64,000 nucleotides of DNA from Candidatus Omnitrophota bacterium. Its GTDB lineage: Bacteria; Omnitrophota; Gorgyraeia; Tantalellales; Tantalellaceae. Below, piece by piece: positions 47,002 to 56,630 of the stretch (its first letter is position 1; each line of letters opens with the position of its first letter). Under the pieces are notes generated by a model that was given only the letters and a program-made list of their open reading frames with translations, searched no databases and was not told the origin of the DNA. Position numbers and translations under genes: made by a program. Location of the stretch: contig JBDRKO010000026.1 of NCBI GenBank assembly GCA_043813915.1, positions 155 to 64,154 on the forward strand, written 5' to 3'.

Positions 47002-47982
47002 ATGAAGGTAAATGTGTTGATAACAAGCGCTTCCAGGAAAGTATGGCTGGTCAACGCTTTTAAGAAAGCGCTTTCTACCGAGGGCAAAGGTAAGGTCGTA
47101 TCCGTAGACTCAAACGGCATGTCAGCCGCGCTGCGGGTAAGCGACAGCCATTCCCTTGTTCCTTATTCATCGGATGATGATTTTATCCCGAGCATATTGG
47201 AAATATGCCTGAAGGAAGACATAAAGCTCATAGTTCCGACCAGAGATGAGGAATTACTGCTTTTTGCCGAAAACAGCGGTAAGTTCATGGAAAAAGGGAT
47301 CCGCGTCATGATATCCCGTCCCGAAGTTATCAGGATATGCCGGGATAAATATGAGTTTTTCAGATTTCTCGAGAAAAAAAATATTCCTACGGTTAAGACG
47401 TATCTTCCCGGAGAGAAAACCCTGTTCAGGGATAACGGGAAATATCCTCTGATAATAAAACCGCGGCGCGGTTCCGGAGGCAAAGGAGTGTTCAAAGCCG
47501 AGAATGAGGATGAACTCAGGTTCTTCAGCGGGTATGTTAAGGATCCCGTGATCCAGGAGTTTGCCGAAGGTAAGGAATACACGATAGATCTTTTCTCGGA
47601 TTTTGATGCTAAAGTCCTTACGGCCGTTCCCAGAGAGAGGATCGAGGTCTTCAGCGGCGAGTCGTATAAATCCCGCACTGTCATGGATAAAGACATGATC
47701 GAAAAGGCCGGGATCCTGGCGGAAGAACTCGGCACGGTAGGGCATATAACCATTCAGTGCATAAAAAATGATAAAGGTATAAAATTCATCGAGATCAATC
47801 CGCGTTTCGGAGGGGGAGCCGCCCTGGGTTTTAAAGCGGGAGCGGATACTCCGGCGCTGTTGGTAAAACTTATTTCCGGTCAACCCGTGAAAAGGGACCC
47901 GGTAGAGTTCATTCCGGATGTAGTGATGCTGAGATATACGGACGACATTTTTCTGGACGGAAAGACCATGAGGCAATTATGA
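47002..47982 (+). CDS. ATP-grasp-fold carboxylate-amine ligase
   Basis: PLIIKPRRGSGGKGVFKAENEDEL (ATP-grasp phosphate-binding loop), EFAEGKEYTIDLF, ERIEV; 326 aa. Confidence 0.6.
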   Translation: MKVNVLITSASRKVWLVNAFKKALSTEGKGKVVSVDSNGMSAALRVSDSHSLVPYSSDDDFIPSILEICLKEDIKLIVPTRDEELLLFAENSGKFMEKGIRVMISRPEVIRICRDKYEFFRFLEKKNIPTVKTYLPGEKTLFRDNGKYPLIIKPRRGSGGKGVFKAENEDELRFFSGYVKDPVIQEFAEGKEYTIDLFSDFDAKVLTAVPRERIEVFSGESYKSRTVMDKDMIEKAGILAEELGTVGHITIQCIKNDKGIKFIEINPRFGGGAALGFKAGADTPALLVKLISGQPVKRDPVEFIPDVVMLRYTDDIFLDGKTMRQL

Positions 47983-48662
47983 GAAAAACGGTCATTTTTG
48001 ATCTTGATAACACTCTTTATGACGAAATACAGTTCGTGAAAAGCGGATTTAACGAGGTTTCCGGGTGGATGTCTGATAAATTCGGGGTAGATAAAGAGAA
48101 GATCTACGGGTTTTTGATGGATGTGCTGGATACGGACGGAAGAGGCAGGGTATTCGATACCGTTCTTCAAAAAATAGGTCTTAAAGAGACCGGTCTTGCG
48201 GGAAAGATGGTAGAGGTGTATCGTTCTCACTATCCGGATATCAGTTTATATCCGGAAACGAAAGAGGTACTTTTGACCCTTAAGTGTTCCGGGTATAAAC
48301 TCGGCATAATTACCGACGGGGATGCAGGGGTGCAGAGAAAAAAAGTAGAAGCTTTGGGTATCGGCTGTCTTTTTGACACTATAATATTTTCCGATGAATA
48401 CGGCACACAGAACCGGAAACCCAGTTTTCATCCTTACATGAAGGCTCTGGAAGGACTAGGCTCTCTTCCGGAAGAATCGGTATATGTCGGAGACAACCCG
48501 AACAAGGATTTTGTTTCAGCCAGGAAAATAGGGATGGGGACCATAAGGATAATGAAGGGTGAATATCGCAGCGTGGACGCCAAGACCGAAGATGACGCGG
48601 ACCACAAGGTCCGGGACCTTAACGGCGCGCTTAAAATATTAATGGATCCAAAAGGAGAATGA
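47979..48662 (+). CDS. HAD-superfamily hydrolase (subfamily IA phosphatase)
   Basis: VIFDLDNTLYD (motif I), VGDNPNKD (motif IV); 227 aa. Confidence 0.7.
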   Translation: MRKTVIFDLDNTLYDEIQFVKSGFNEVSGWMSDKFGVDKEKIYGFLMDVLDTDGRGRVFDTVLQKIGLKETGLAGKMVEVYRSHYPDISLYPETKEVLLTLKCSGYKLGIITDGDAGVQRKKVEALGIGCLFDTIIFSDEYGTQNRKPSFHPYMKALEGLGSLPEESVYVGDNPNKDFVSARKIGMGTIRIMKGEYRSVDAKTEDDADHKVRDLNGALKILMDPKGE

Positions 48663-49720
48663 TGGCAAGGACTGTCAGTATAGCCGGAAGGAAGATAGGC
48701 GAGGGACATCCCGTTTTTATAATAGCGGAACTTTCCGCGAATCATCGGCAGAGTTATACGAACGCGGTCAAGCTTATAAAAGCCGCGAAATCTTCCGGCG
48801 CGGATGCCGTGAAACTTCAGACGTATACGCCCGATACCATAACAATAGATGTTGATAACAGGTTTTTCAGGGTGGATCATCCCGAGTGGGGCGGTCAGAC
48901 GCTGTATCAGCTGTATAAAAAAGCGTATACCCCGTGGAAATGGTTCGGGAAATTAAAAAAAGCGGCGGATGACGCGGGGATAATATTTTTTTCAACGGCT
49001 TTTGATAAGACAAGCGTGGATTTTTTGGAAGAACTGGGTGTTCCGGCGCACAAGTTATCCTCTTTTGAACTTGTGGACCTGCCCCTGATCGAATATACCG
49101 CGAAAACAAAAAAACCCCTGATACTTTCAACCGGTATGGCTACGGAAAACGAAATAAAAGAGGCGGTTGATACCGCGAAAAAAGCGGGAGCTAAAGATAT
49201 TATCCTTCTGAAATGCGTCAGCAGCTACCCCGCGGATCCCGCGCAGATGAACCTGAAGATGATCCCTCATCTTGAGAAGACGTTTTGTTTGCCGGTAGGC
49301 CTTTCCGATCATGGGCTGGATATGGCGGTTCCGTCCGCCGCTGTAGCGCTCGGCGCGAAAGTCATAGAACGGCATTTTACTTTATCAAGAAATACGAAGT
49401 CTCCTGACAGCTTTTTTTCTACCGAGCCGGATGAATTGAAAGAACTTATAACTAATATCCGCAGTGTGGAGAAAGCCCTGGGCAAAGTGCGGTACAGTTT
49501 GTCCCGCGAGGAAAAGAAAAGCCGTCTCCACCGCAGGTCGCTTTTCGCGGTAAAAGACATAAAAAAAGGAGAGATATTCACCGGGGAGAACATAAGGTCT
49601 ATAAGGCCGGCATACGGCATTTCTCCTAAATACGAAAAAAAGATGATCGGCAGGAGATCATCTAAAAACATAAAAAAGGGAACGCCGATCAGTTTCGGCC
49701 AGATCGGAAAAAGCAGATGA
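48659..49720 (+). CDS. Nonulosonic acid synthase family (NeuB/PseI/LegI-like) with C-terminal SAF domain
   Basis: RKIGEGHPVFIIAELSANH...GADAVKLQTY (NeuB TIM-barrel N-terminus) and a C-terminal antifreeze-like domain (IKKGEIFTGENIRSIRP); 353 aa. Confidence 0.8.
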   Translation: MMARTVSIAGRKIGEGHPVFIIAELSANHRQSYTNAVKLIKAAKSSGADAVKLQTYTPDTITIDVDNRFFRVDHPEWGGQTLYQLYKKAYTPWKWFGKLKKAADDAGIIFFSTAFDKTSVDFLEELGVPAHKLSSFELVDLPLIEYTAKTKKPLILSTGMATENEIKEAVDTAKKAGAKDIILLKCVSSYPADPAQMNLKMIPHLEKTFCLPVGLSDHGLDMAVPSAAVALGAKVIERHFTLSRNTKSPDSFFSTEPDELKELITNIRSVEKALGKVRYSLSREEKKSRLHRRSLFAVKDIKKGEIFTGENIRSIRPAYGISPKYEKKMIGRRSSKNIKKGTPISFGQIGKSR

Positions 49721-51573
49721 AACTGATAATTGTACCGCCTGAGGTCGATAGTACGGATGATATCAGGAAGATATCGGACGGGGAGAGTTTTATCTTCACG
49801 GCGGATCATTTATTGAAGAAAGAGCTTGTGCGCGGAAAAATAGCGCGTCCGGATAAAGTATTGACCATTAGCGACGTCGCGGATGATAGTGTTTTCGATG
49901 ATGTCAACGATCTGACAAGACGCTATTCCAGAGAGTGGTTCAAAGCGGAAGAGGCGGATGAAATCCTGTCTTTCAGGGGGGTGAACCTGGCCGGACAGCT
50001 TGTAGCCGAAACAAGTTTTTATTTTATAAAAGTGTTGAGGGCGGTATGTATATCGCAGGCTATTCGCGGCTCTTACGGCGGCAAGGCGGAATTTATTCTG
50101 GCCGATGATGAAAGCATCTGGGCAAAAGTGTTCAAATATACGGCCCGGAAGAGAGGTATAGGGTTAGATATAAGAAAGTTCGCTCCCGCCAAAGGTTCGT
50201 TGGACAGCGGGATATTCCCGATCAAGGATATGATCAGAAGATCCGCGGCCAGACTTTACGGTCGGACGCGGCGGAATATTCCCTCAGGCGGTATATTATA
50301 TTCGTGCGCTCCGGGTTATTTTAAGCTGTTCCGGGATATTTCCGCGACAGGGGGGACGTCATATTACTTAAGGCCTGAGTTTTCGCCCCGGACGGGGATC
50401 GAGTTCCGCGGGAAAGAAACGGTCTATCTGACCCCCGAGTGTTTTATTGAGAAAGAGGACAAAACGATATGCCGAAAGTGGCTCAAGAACAGGGATATCC
50501 GGGCGGTGCTGGACTCTCATTTTAAGGACTCGGATTTTTTTGTATATAAAGGAGATAACCTATGGGAGATCATTAAGCATGATCTTTTTCATATGCTGGA
50601 TCAGGCGCTTTTTCGGGGAGCGGTATGGGTTCTCGGTTTTAACAGGATATTAGACAGCCTCAAACCGAGAACTATAATAGTGGAAGAAAATATATGTCCT
50701 TTCAATAAGACCCTTATAGAATGCGCCGACAAAAAAGGTATACCCAGCGTATATCTTCTGCACGGCCTCTTGACATATGATCTTTTTTCAAGCATAGGGT
50801 CGGCTTCTACGGTCGTTGTGCCGGGAACATATACGAAGAAATTCTTAACAGATCATGGAGTGGCAGAAAATATGATCGCGGAAATAGGGCTTCCTTATTA
50901 CGAGAAGAAAATAAGTTCTATCGACAGGACCGGGAGCAGACGAAAGTTTTTCTCAAGGTACGGTCTTGATGACGGAAAAAGGATAGTGATGCTGGCTTCA
51001 CATGATGTTTTCACGGAAAAACGTCCGTATTATACAGGGAACCCGCATACTCCTGAAAATGCCGAAAGAATGATGGAAATAACCTGTGAGGCCGTGCGGG
51101 CTTCAAAAAACACCAGGATGGTGATCAAGATACATCCCATGGACGGTAATCTCCGGTTTATCGTGAATGTGCTGAAACGGATGAAGATGACAGAAGATGT
51201 TCTTATTGTGAAAGACTTCGATGCCATGGAGCTTATCGCTATCAGTGACCTGGTCCTTTGCGGGTGTTCGACCGTTTATCTCGAAGCTTTACTTCTAAAA
51301 GTCCCGGTCCTGGTATTCGATGATGTTGAGAGAGGGTTTCTCCGGAAATTGGGCAGTGAGTTTGTCAGCCTGAAGGATAAAGAGAAAAGCGTAAAAAGTA
51401 TTAACGGTCTTATTGAAGATAAACTGCTTAGAACGGAGCGTTTAAAAAGGCAGGAAGATGAACTTTCGTGGCATTTTGTGGATAAGAATAATGGGTCTCA
51501 GGAAAAGTTCAGGGAGCTTTTAAACAGGATCGCGATAGAAAACGGAGGACGGGTATATGAAAAGAGCGGATAA
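49717..51573 (+). CDS. Large GT-B-fold-like protein with HP motif (TagF/KpsS/bacterial-sialyltransferase-like)
   Basis: 618 aa. C-terminal region VIKIHPMDGN...ISDLVLCGCSTVYLEALLLKVPVLVFDD resembles the HP motif and nucleotide-binding strand of TagF-like or polysialyltransferase-like GT-B enzymes. Confidence 0.35.
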   Translation: MKLIIVPPEVDSTDDIRKISDGESFIFTADHLLKKELVRGKIARPDKVLTISDVADDSVFDDVNDLTRRYSREWFKAEEADEILSFRGVNLAGQLVAETSFYFIKVLRAVCISQAIRGSYGGKAEFILADDESIWAKVFKYTARKRGIGLDIRKFAPAKGSLDSGIFPIKDMIRRSAARLYGRTRRNIPSGGILYSCAPGYFKLFRDISATGGTSYYLRPEFSPRTGIEFRGKETVYLTPECFIEKEDKTICRKWLKNRDIRAVLDSHFKDSDFFVYKGDNLWEIIKHDLFHMLDQALFRGAVWVLGFNRILDSLKPRTIIVEENICPFNKTLIECADKKGIPSVYLLHGLLTYDLFSSIGSASTVVVPGTYTKKFLTDHGVAENMIAEIGLPYYEKKISSIDRTGSRRKFFSRYGLDDGKRIVMLASHDVFTEKRPYYTGNPHTPENAERMMEITCEAVRASKNTRMVIKIHPMDGNLRFIVNVLKRMKMTEDVLIVKDFDAMELIAISDLVLCGCSTVYLEALLLKVPVLVFDDVERGFLRKLGSEFVSLKDKEKSVKSINGLIEDKLLRTERLKRQEDELSWHFVDKNNGSQEKFRELLNRIAIENGGRVYEKSG

Positions 51574-52270
51574 GCTGGATCACAGAAAGTATAAGTACAG
51601 TGACATGAACGCCCTTATCAGGGAAATAGAAGGGCTTTGCGACGGACTGGACCAAAAACATCCCATGGAGCGTAAGATCCGTTTCCTCTTAGACATAAGA
51701 GGGTATCTGAAGGTGAACGGTATAAGGGGAAGTTATATCGAATTCGGGTCATATCATTCGGAGATGCAGTATGCCGCGTATAACGTTCTGGATGAAACGG
51801 GTATGATGGATTCATATGTGGGCCTTGAGATCTTTTCCGGTGAGCCCGAACTGACCCCGGAAGAAAAGAAAAGTTTTCCCGCTATGTGTACGGGAGACTT
51901 CTCTTGCGATCATGAAGCTGTTTTGAGTTTTGTCGAGAACAATTTCGGAGGTAAAGGCGTTATCGTAAAAGGGGATTTCAGGAAAAAGGAGGTCATGGCC
52001 CGGTGTGACGCGCATCTTCCGCTGAGCGTAGCGGTCATAGACTGCAACCTCCTTTCTTCCACTGAATACGCTTTGAAGTATACGCTTAAGAATATGACGC
52101 CCGGAGGCGTGATATTTATCGATGATTATCTGAGTAATATGAGCGGCGGTATTCCCAGAGTAAAGGATCTTTTTGAAGCGGTTGTAAGGGAAGAAGGAAA
52201 AGAGGTCCTAGAACATAATTTTTATCCGCCGTTCGCGAAGTCCTTCATAGCTGTGGGTAAACAGGCATGA
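51557..52270 (+). CDS. TylF/MycF-family (macrocin-O-methyltransferase-like) SAM-dependent O-methyltransferase
   Basis: GSYIEFGSYHSEM (FGxYxG), a later DCNLLSSTEYALKYTLKNMTPGGVIFIDDY (DxDxYESTxxxLxxLxxxxxxGGxxxxDDY pattern). Confidence 0.5.
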   Translation: MKRADKLDHRKYKYSDMNALIREIEGLCDGLDQKHPMERKIRFLLDIRGYLKVNGIRGSYIEFGSYHSEMQYAAYNVLDETGMMDSYVGLEIFSGEPELTPEEKKSFPAMCTGDFSCDHEAVLSFVENNFGGKGVIVKGDFRKKEVMARCDAHLPLSVAVIDCNLLSSTEYALKYTLKNMTPGGVIFIDDYLSNMSGGIPRVKDLFEAVVREEGKEVLEHNFYPPFAKSFIAVGKQA

Positions 52271-52280
52271 GAATAAGACG

Positions 52281-53765
52281 ATGAATAAAATAAAAAGCAT
52301 AGGATATGTGGCCGGTTCAAAACTCGCGGCGTTCGTAATGGGCATAACGCGGGGATTTCTTGTGCCCGGATATTTGGGCCCACAACTTTACGGGGTAATA
52401 GGTCTCCTTAAGCTGGTTAAGATAATACTGGGTTTTACGGCGTTCGGTATGGACCAGGCGTATTTCAGACTGTCTCTGGAATACGGCGGCAGTGACCGTG
52501 ATGAAAGCAGGAAAAAGGCGCTTGAGGACAATGTGTTCACATTCCTTTTTTGTTCGGCCCTTATCGGTATGATCCTGACCGTTCTTCTGCCGTTTATCCT
52601 GAAAACGAGTGATGCCGGTCTTCAGAAAATAATGATATTCTGTTTCGCCGTGACCGGTGTGCAGCATTTTTTTCAGTTCACGGGAAATTTTTTCTTTAAG
52701 ACGATGCATATTAAGAAAGAGTTCCGGTTCATATCGCTGATGAACATCGTGCAGCCTTTGATAGCGCTTATTCTTATACTCGCTATGGTGTTCCGATGGA
52801 AGATATACGCGGTGTTTATCGCGGATCTTGTAGCGGTTGCCGCGGTCCAGATATTGTATTTCCGCAATGCGGGGATAATGCCGGAATTAAGGATACACCT
52901 GAGCGAATTCCGGAAGACATTCCGGTATGCTTTACCGTTCTTTATAGCGGGTATATGTTTTTATCTGTTCCGGTTCACGGACAGGACCGTTATAGCTTCT
53001 TTTCTGACGCTCCGGGAACTGGGGCTTTACACATTCGCTATAGGGATAGCGGAGAACACCAGGATGCTGAGCGTCGCTATCGATGAGGTGTTTTCGCCTT
53101 TCATGGTAGAAAAAATAAGCAAAGCGGATAACCTTCGTTCCCTTTCAGGCGAAATAACGTCGTATACGTATACACTGCTTTTTATAACCACAGCCGTTTC
53201 GCTTTTATCGGTCTTTTTCTGTCCGTTCATAAAACTTATATTACCCAAATATGCCGACGCGCTTCTTGTTCTCAAGATACTCCTTATCAATATAATACCG
53301 CGGACCTTTATTCTCTATCAGATACTGCTTTTAAGCTCGCCCAGGGTGAACAGGCAGAACCATATAAATATCGCCATGACCGTATCAGGGATCATTAACG
53401 TTGTTTTGAGCATATTTCTGATCAAACGGGGTTACGGTATAACAGGCGTCGTCGCGGCGACCTTTCTATCTCAGATATTAATGGCCGCGTTCTATCTTAT
53501 AACATCCGGTAAATATTATTTAGCCGGGAAAAAGACCGTATTCTATTTCAAAATATCCGTTACTATGGCGATCATGATCATATATTGTTATCTGCAGAGG
53601 ATGGATGCCGCGGTCACTTTAAAGAACTTCACCCATGACTCCGTCGCGTTTCTCGCGCTGACCGGAGCTCTTGCATTCATTTTTAAAAAAGAAATAACCG
53701 GGATCATCTCGAAATTCAAGGAAAAAATGATTTCAACGGAAAAGAGCGGGGAAGAGGTAACGTAA
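52281..53765 (+). CDS. Wzx-type oligosaccharide flippase (MOP superfamily, polysaccharide biosynthesis protein)
   Basis: 494 aa, about 12-14 TM helices and a typical Wzx-like N-terminus (KSIGYVAGSKLAAFVMGITRGFLVPGYLGPQLYG). Confidence 0.55.
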   Translation: MNKIKSIGYVAGSKLAAFVMGITRGFLVPGYLGPQLYGVIGLLKLVKIILGFTAFGMDQAYFRLSLEYGGSDRDESRKKALEDNVFTFLFCSALIGMILTVLLPFILKTSDAGLQKIMIFCFAVTGVQHFFQFTGNFFFKTMHIKKEFRFISLMNIVQPLIALILILAMVFRWKIYAVFIADLVAVAAVQILYFRNAGIMPELRIHLSEFRKTFRYALPFFIAGICFYLFRFTDRTVIASFLTLRELGLYTFAIGIAENTRMLSVAIDEVFSPFMVEKISKADNLRSLSGEITSYTYTLLFITTAVSLLSVFFCPFIKLILPKYADALLVLKILLINIIPRTFILYQILLLSSPRVNRQNHINIAMTVSGIINVVLSIFLIKRGYGITGVVAATFLSQILMAAFYLITSGKYYLAGKKTVFYFKISVTMAIMIIYCYLQRMDAAVTLKNFTHDSVAFLALTGALAFIFKKEITGIISKFKEKMISTEKSGEEVT

Positions 53766-53766
53766 G

Positions 53767-55083
53767 ATGAATGGTAAAGATAAAAAATACGATATAGTGT
53801 TCTGGGCGTATATCGACAGCGTTGTCGACAGGTGCATTCCGCTTATGGTGAAGATGAACAAGCGGGGGTACAGGACGCTTCTCTTTTACCAGAATTATGA
53901 CATGTTCGATAATAATTCCGTTGCCCAGGAGAAGTTGATAAGTAAATACGGACTGGAAGTCGCGACTTATTCCGATCATCTGAAGGTGAATCCGCTTGTC
54001 GGGATACTGACATTTTTCATTAAGAGGATACCGAACAGGTTTGTACGGAATAAACTTCGGGGGATCCGCTTCAGATTCCTTGACAAGGACGTCAATAACG
54101 AGAAATTCATAAGCGGGTTGATAGAGGATCTCGGGCACAAATTGAACGTTTTCGATATATTGGAATTCGGCAAGTATACGAACTTTCCTTACGGCAGTTA
54201 TTACGTGAAGAAATTGTCCGACAAACAGGGGATCAAAAGCATTTCAATGTGCCACGGCGTAGCCGCTCATTATAAGGAACATCGCAAAGCTGACAGAACG
54301 ATAGATTTTAAGACGGTGATAATATGTAATGAAAAGGAAAAAGAATATATCGCGCCCAAATGCACGGAAAGCGATGTGGATATAGTCCCTATAGGTGACC
54401 CTCGTTTTGATTCGTCCTGGAAGCCCGAGGTGAGGTCGGTATTTGCCGACGAGGCCAGAAAGATAGTGCCGGTAGACGATAAGATCAACATACTTTATAT
54501 CTCACCGGGCCTGGAGCATTTTCATCTGACCGATGAAAAGTATAAGGCGCTCAGCGATATGGCATCAATAGCCGCTTCTCTCGGTTATGTCAGGCTTATC
54601 CTGAAACCGCATCCGCGTCACAGATATGAGGACCGCATAATAAAGATAATGAAGAGGAACGGTCTTAAAGATTTTATCATATTGAAGAACGACCCGATGA
54701 TAGCATACGCGGATATCGTAGATTATGTCGTATCGCCCGTTTCCAGCGCCGTTTTTGACATTCTGCCGGAGATGCCGGAAAAGGCGGTCATCTACGATGG
54801 CTTCTCAAAAAAGGAGCGTCTACTTAATATTTTCGACGGACATGTGAACTTCTTTGAGGAAGCCGGAGCCTTAAAGACTTTTATTAAAAACAGCCGCGCA
54901 CTCAGACAGACCGGAAAAGACGGTAATACGCGGGTTTGCAGTAAGGATATAGGAGATTTTTGTAATAAATGGGTGGCTAACGGCGAGGGGCTTGATACCA
55001 TAATAGACCGGTACGCCCGGCTGATAGAGAGCAAAATAAAATACGAGGGGATAGAAAATGAAAGTTCTATTGGTGATCTATGA
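53767..55083 (+). CDS. GT-B-fold-like protein with HP motif (TagF-like glycerophosphotransferase or nonulosonic-acid transferase candidate)
   Basis: 438 aa; LILKPHPRHRY (HP motif) and a preceding YISPGLEHF region; no TM segments. Confidence 0.3.
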   Translation: MNGKDKKYDIVFWAYIDSVVDRCIPLMVKMNKRGYRTLLFYQNYDMFDNNSVAQEKLISKYGLEVATYSDHLKVNPLVGILTFFIKRIPNRFVRNKLRGIRFRFLDKDVNNEKFISGLIEDLGHKLNVFDILEFGKYTNFPYGSYYVKKLSDKQGIKSISMCHGVAAHYKEHRKADRTIDFKTVIICNEKEKEYIAPKCTESDVDIVPIGDPRFDSSWKPEVRSVFADEARKIVPVDDKINILYISPGLEHFHLTDEKYKALSDMASIAASLGYVRLILKPHPRHRYEDRIIKIMKRNGLKDFIILKNDPMIAYADIVDYVVSPVSSAVFDILPEMPEKAVIYDGFSKKERLLNIFDGHVNFFEEAGALKTFIKNSRALRQTGKDGNTRVCSKDIGDFCNKWVANGEGLDTIIDRYARLIESKIKYEGIENESSIGDL

Positions 55084-56446
55084 CAACATCTCGTACATAC
55101 ACTGGTTCCCGCAGGGATTAGCGTATATAGCGGCAGTCCTTCTGAAGGCAGGGCATGAAGTCGAGATATATAGCCAGGATATGCATCACTACACGGAAGA
55201 ACATCTTACGGAATACCTGAACAACAATAAGTTCGATGTGATCGGCATGGGAATAACGGCAGGTTACTGGCAGTACCGGAAGATGCAGAAAATATCCGAT
55301 GCCATAAACAGGTCCGATAACAGGCCGTTCTATATCATGGGTGGTCATGGCCCGACACCGGAACCTGAATTCTATATAAGGAAAACAGGCGCGAACGCTA
55401 TAGTGATGGGCGAAGGCGAGATAACCATCGTTGAGCTTTTAACGGCACTGGAAGAGAAAAAACCGCTTTCCTCCGTTAAGGGGATAGCTTATTCCGAAAA
55501 AGGGGAGGTCAAGGTCAACGAGAGGAACCCTCTTATTAAAGACATCGATACAATGCCGATGCCGGCGTATGAGCTGTTCCCGATGGAGTATTACAGGCTG
55601 ATGAGAAAACCTCATGCTACGAACGAAGATTTTGTTATGTCGGTTATTTCAGGACGGGGATGTTTGTTCAAATGCAATTTCTGTTACCGCATGGACGAAG
55701 GGTTCAGGCCCAGAAGCAGCGAAAGTATCGTCGACGAGGTCATGATGCTCAAGGAAAAATACGGCATAACGTATATTGACTTCTATGATGAACTTTTGAT
55801 GTCGTCTCCGGAAAGGACCATAAAACTGTGCGAGACTTTCATAAAAAGAAAAATGAACATGAAATGGTGCTGCAGCGGCAGGTTGAATCACGCGAAGCCG
55901 GAAGTTCTGAAAATAATGAAACGCGCGGGATGTGTATTCATAAACTACGGGATCGAGTCTATGGATAACGTGGTCCTGAAGAACATGAGAAAGGGGCTGA
56001 CCGATAATATCATCATCAAAGGGATCGAGGCTACGCTTGAGCTCGGCATAAGCCCGGGGCTTAATATGATGTTCGGTAATTTCGGGGACAATAAGGATAC
56101 TTTGAACAAGGCGGTTGATTTTCTGATCAAGTATGATGACGGGGCTCAGGTCAGGACCATACGCCCGGTAACACCTTATCCCGGCACACCGCTTTATGAA
56201 TACGCTCTTGAAAAAGGGATGATAAAGGATTGCGAAGATTTTTACGAAAACAAACACACTAACTCGGACCTCTTATCGGTCAATTTTACAGATATGAGCG
56301 ATGATGATTTCTACCGGTGTTTGATGGACGCGAACAGAAGGCTGCTTACGAATTATCACAATAAACAGATGACTTCCATGCTTAAACAGACGGAGGATCT
56401 TTATGTTAAGCGGGACGCGAGTTTTCGCGGTTTCCGCCAGAGCTGA
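55058..56446 (+). CDS. B12-binding-domain radical SAM enzyme, paralog 3
   Basis: GRGCLFKCNFC (CxxxCxxC); the N-terminal domain is homologous to 7943-9361. Confidence 0.7.
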   Translation: MKVLLVIYDNISYIHWFPQGLAYIAAVLLKAGHEVEIYSQDMHHYTEEHLTEYLNNNKFDVIGMGITAGYWQYRKMQKISDAINRSDNRPFYIMGGHGPTPEPEFYIRKTGANAIVMGEGEITIVELLTALEEKKPLSSVKGIAYSEKGEVKVNERNPLIKDIDTMPMPAYELFPMEYYRLMRKPHATNEDFVMSVISGRGCLFKCNFCYRMDEGFRPRSSESIVDEVMMLKEKYGITYIDFYDELLMSSPERTIKLCETFIKRKMNMKWCCSGRLNHAKPEVLKIMKRAGCVFINYGIESMDNVVLKNMRKGLTDNIIIKGIEATLELGISPGLNMMFGNFGDNKDTLNKAVDFLIKYDDGAQVRTIRPVTPYPGTPLYEYALEKGMIKDCEDFYENKHTNSDLLSVNFTDMSDDDFYRCLMDANRRLLTNYHNKQMTSMLKQTEDLYVKRDASFRGFRQS

Positions 56447-56571
56447 ACGGGGCCGCAACTTACGAAGTGAAGCGCCGTAAGCTCTATGGACTGATCTAAA
56501 ACCGCACCCGGCGAAAGAGGATACAGTGTCATTAAAATAAAGGAGCTGGGTGCGGGGTTTAATCCGTATTT

Positions 56572-56604
56572 ATAACTTATGCTCCTTACGGTCGCATAAG
56601 TTAT
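56572..56604 (+). other. Perfect 11-bp-stem hairpin (ATAACTTATGC-11 nt loop-GCATAAGTTAT) immediately upstream of the RBS of the gene at 56631
   Basis: Read from the sequence. A second imperfect long-range hairpin lies at 56498-56560 (AAAACCGCACCC...GGGTGCGGGGTTT). Confidence 0.4.
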
Positions 56605-56630
56605 GTGCTCATTAAAGGAGGAAAGATAAT

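Noticed and set aside
47163-47976. Two long minus-strand ORFs (196 and 240 aa) opposite the ATP-grasp gene
   Set aside because: Both are antisense to a gene with a clear ATP-grasp P-loop on the + strand; no start-site or motif support.
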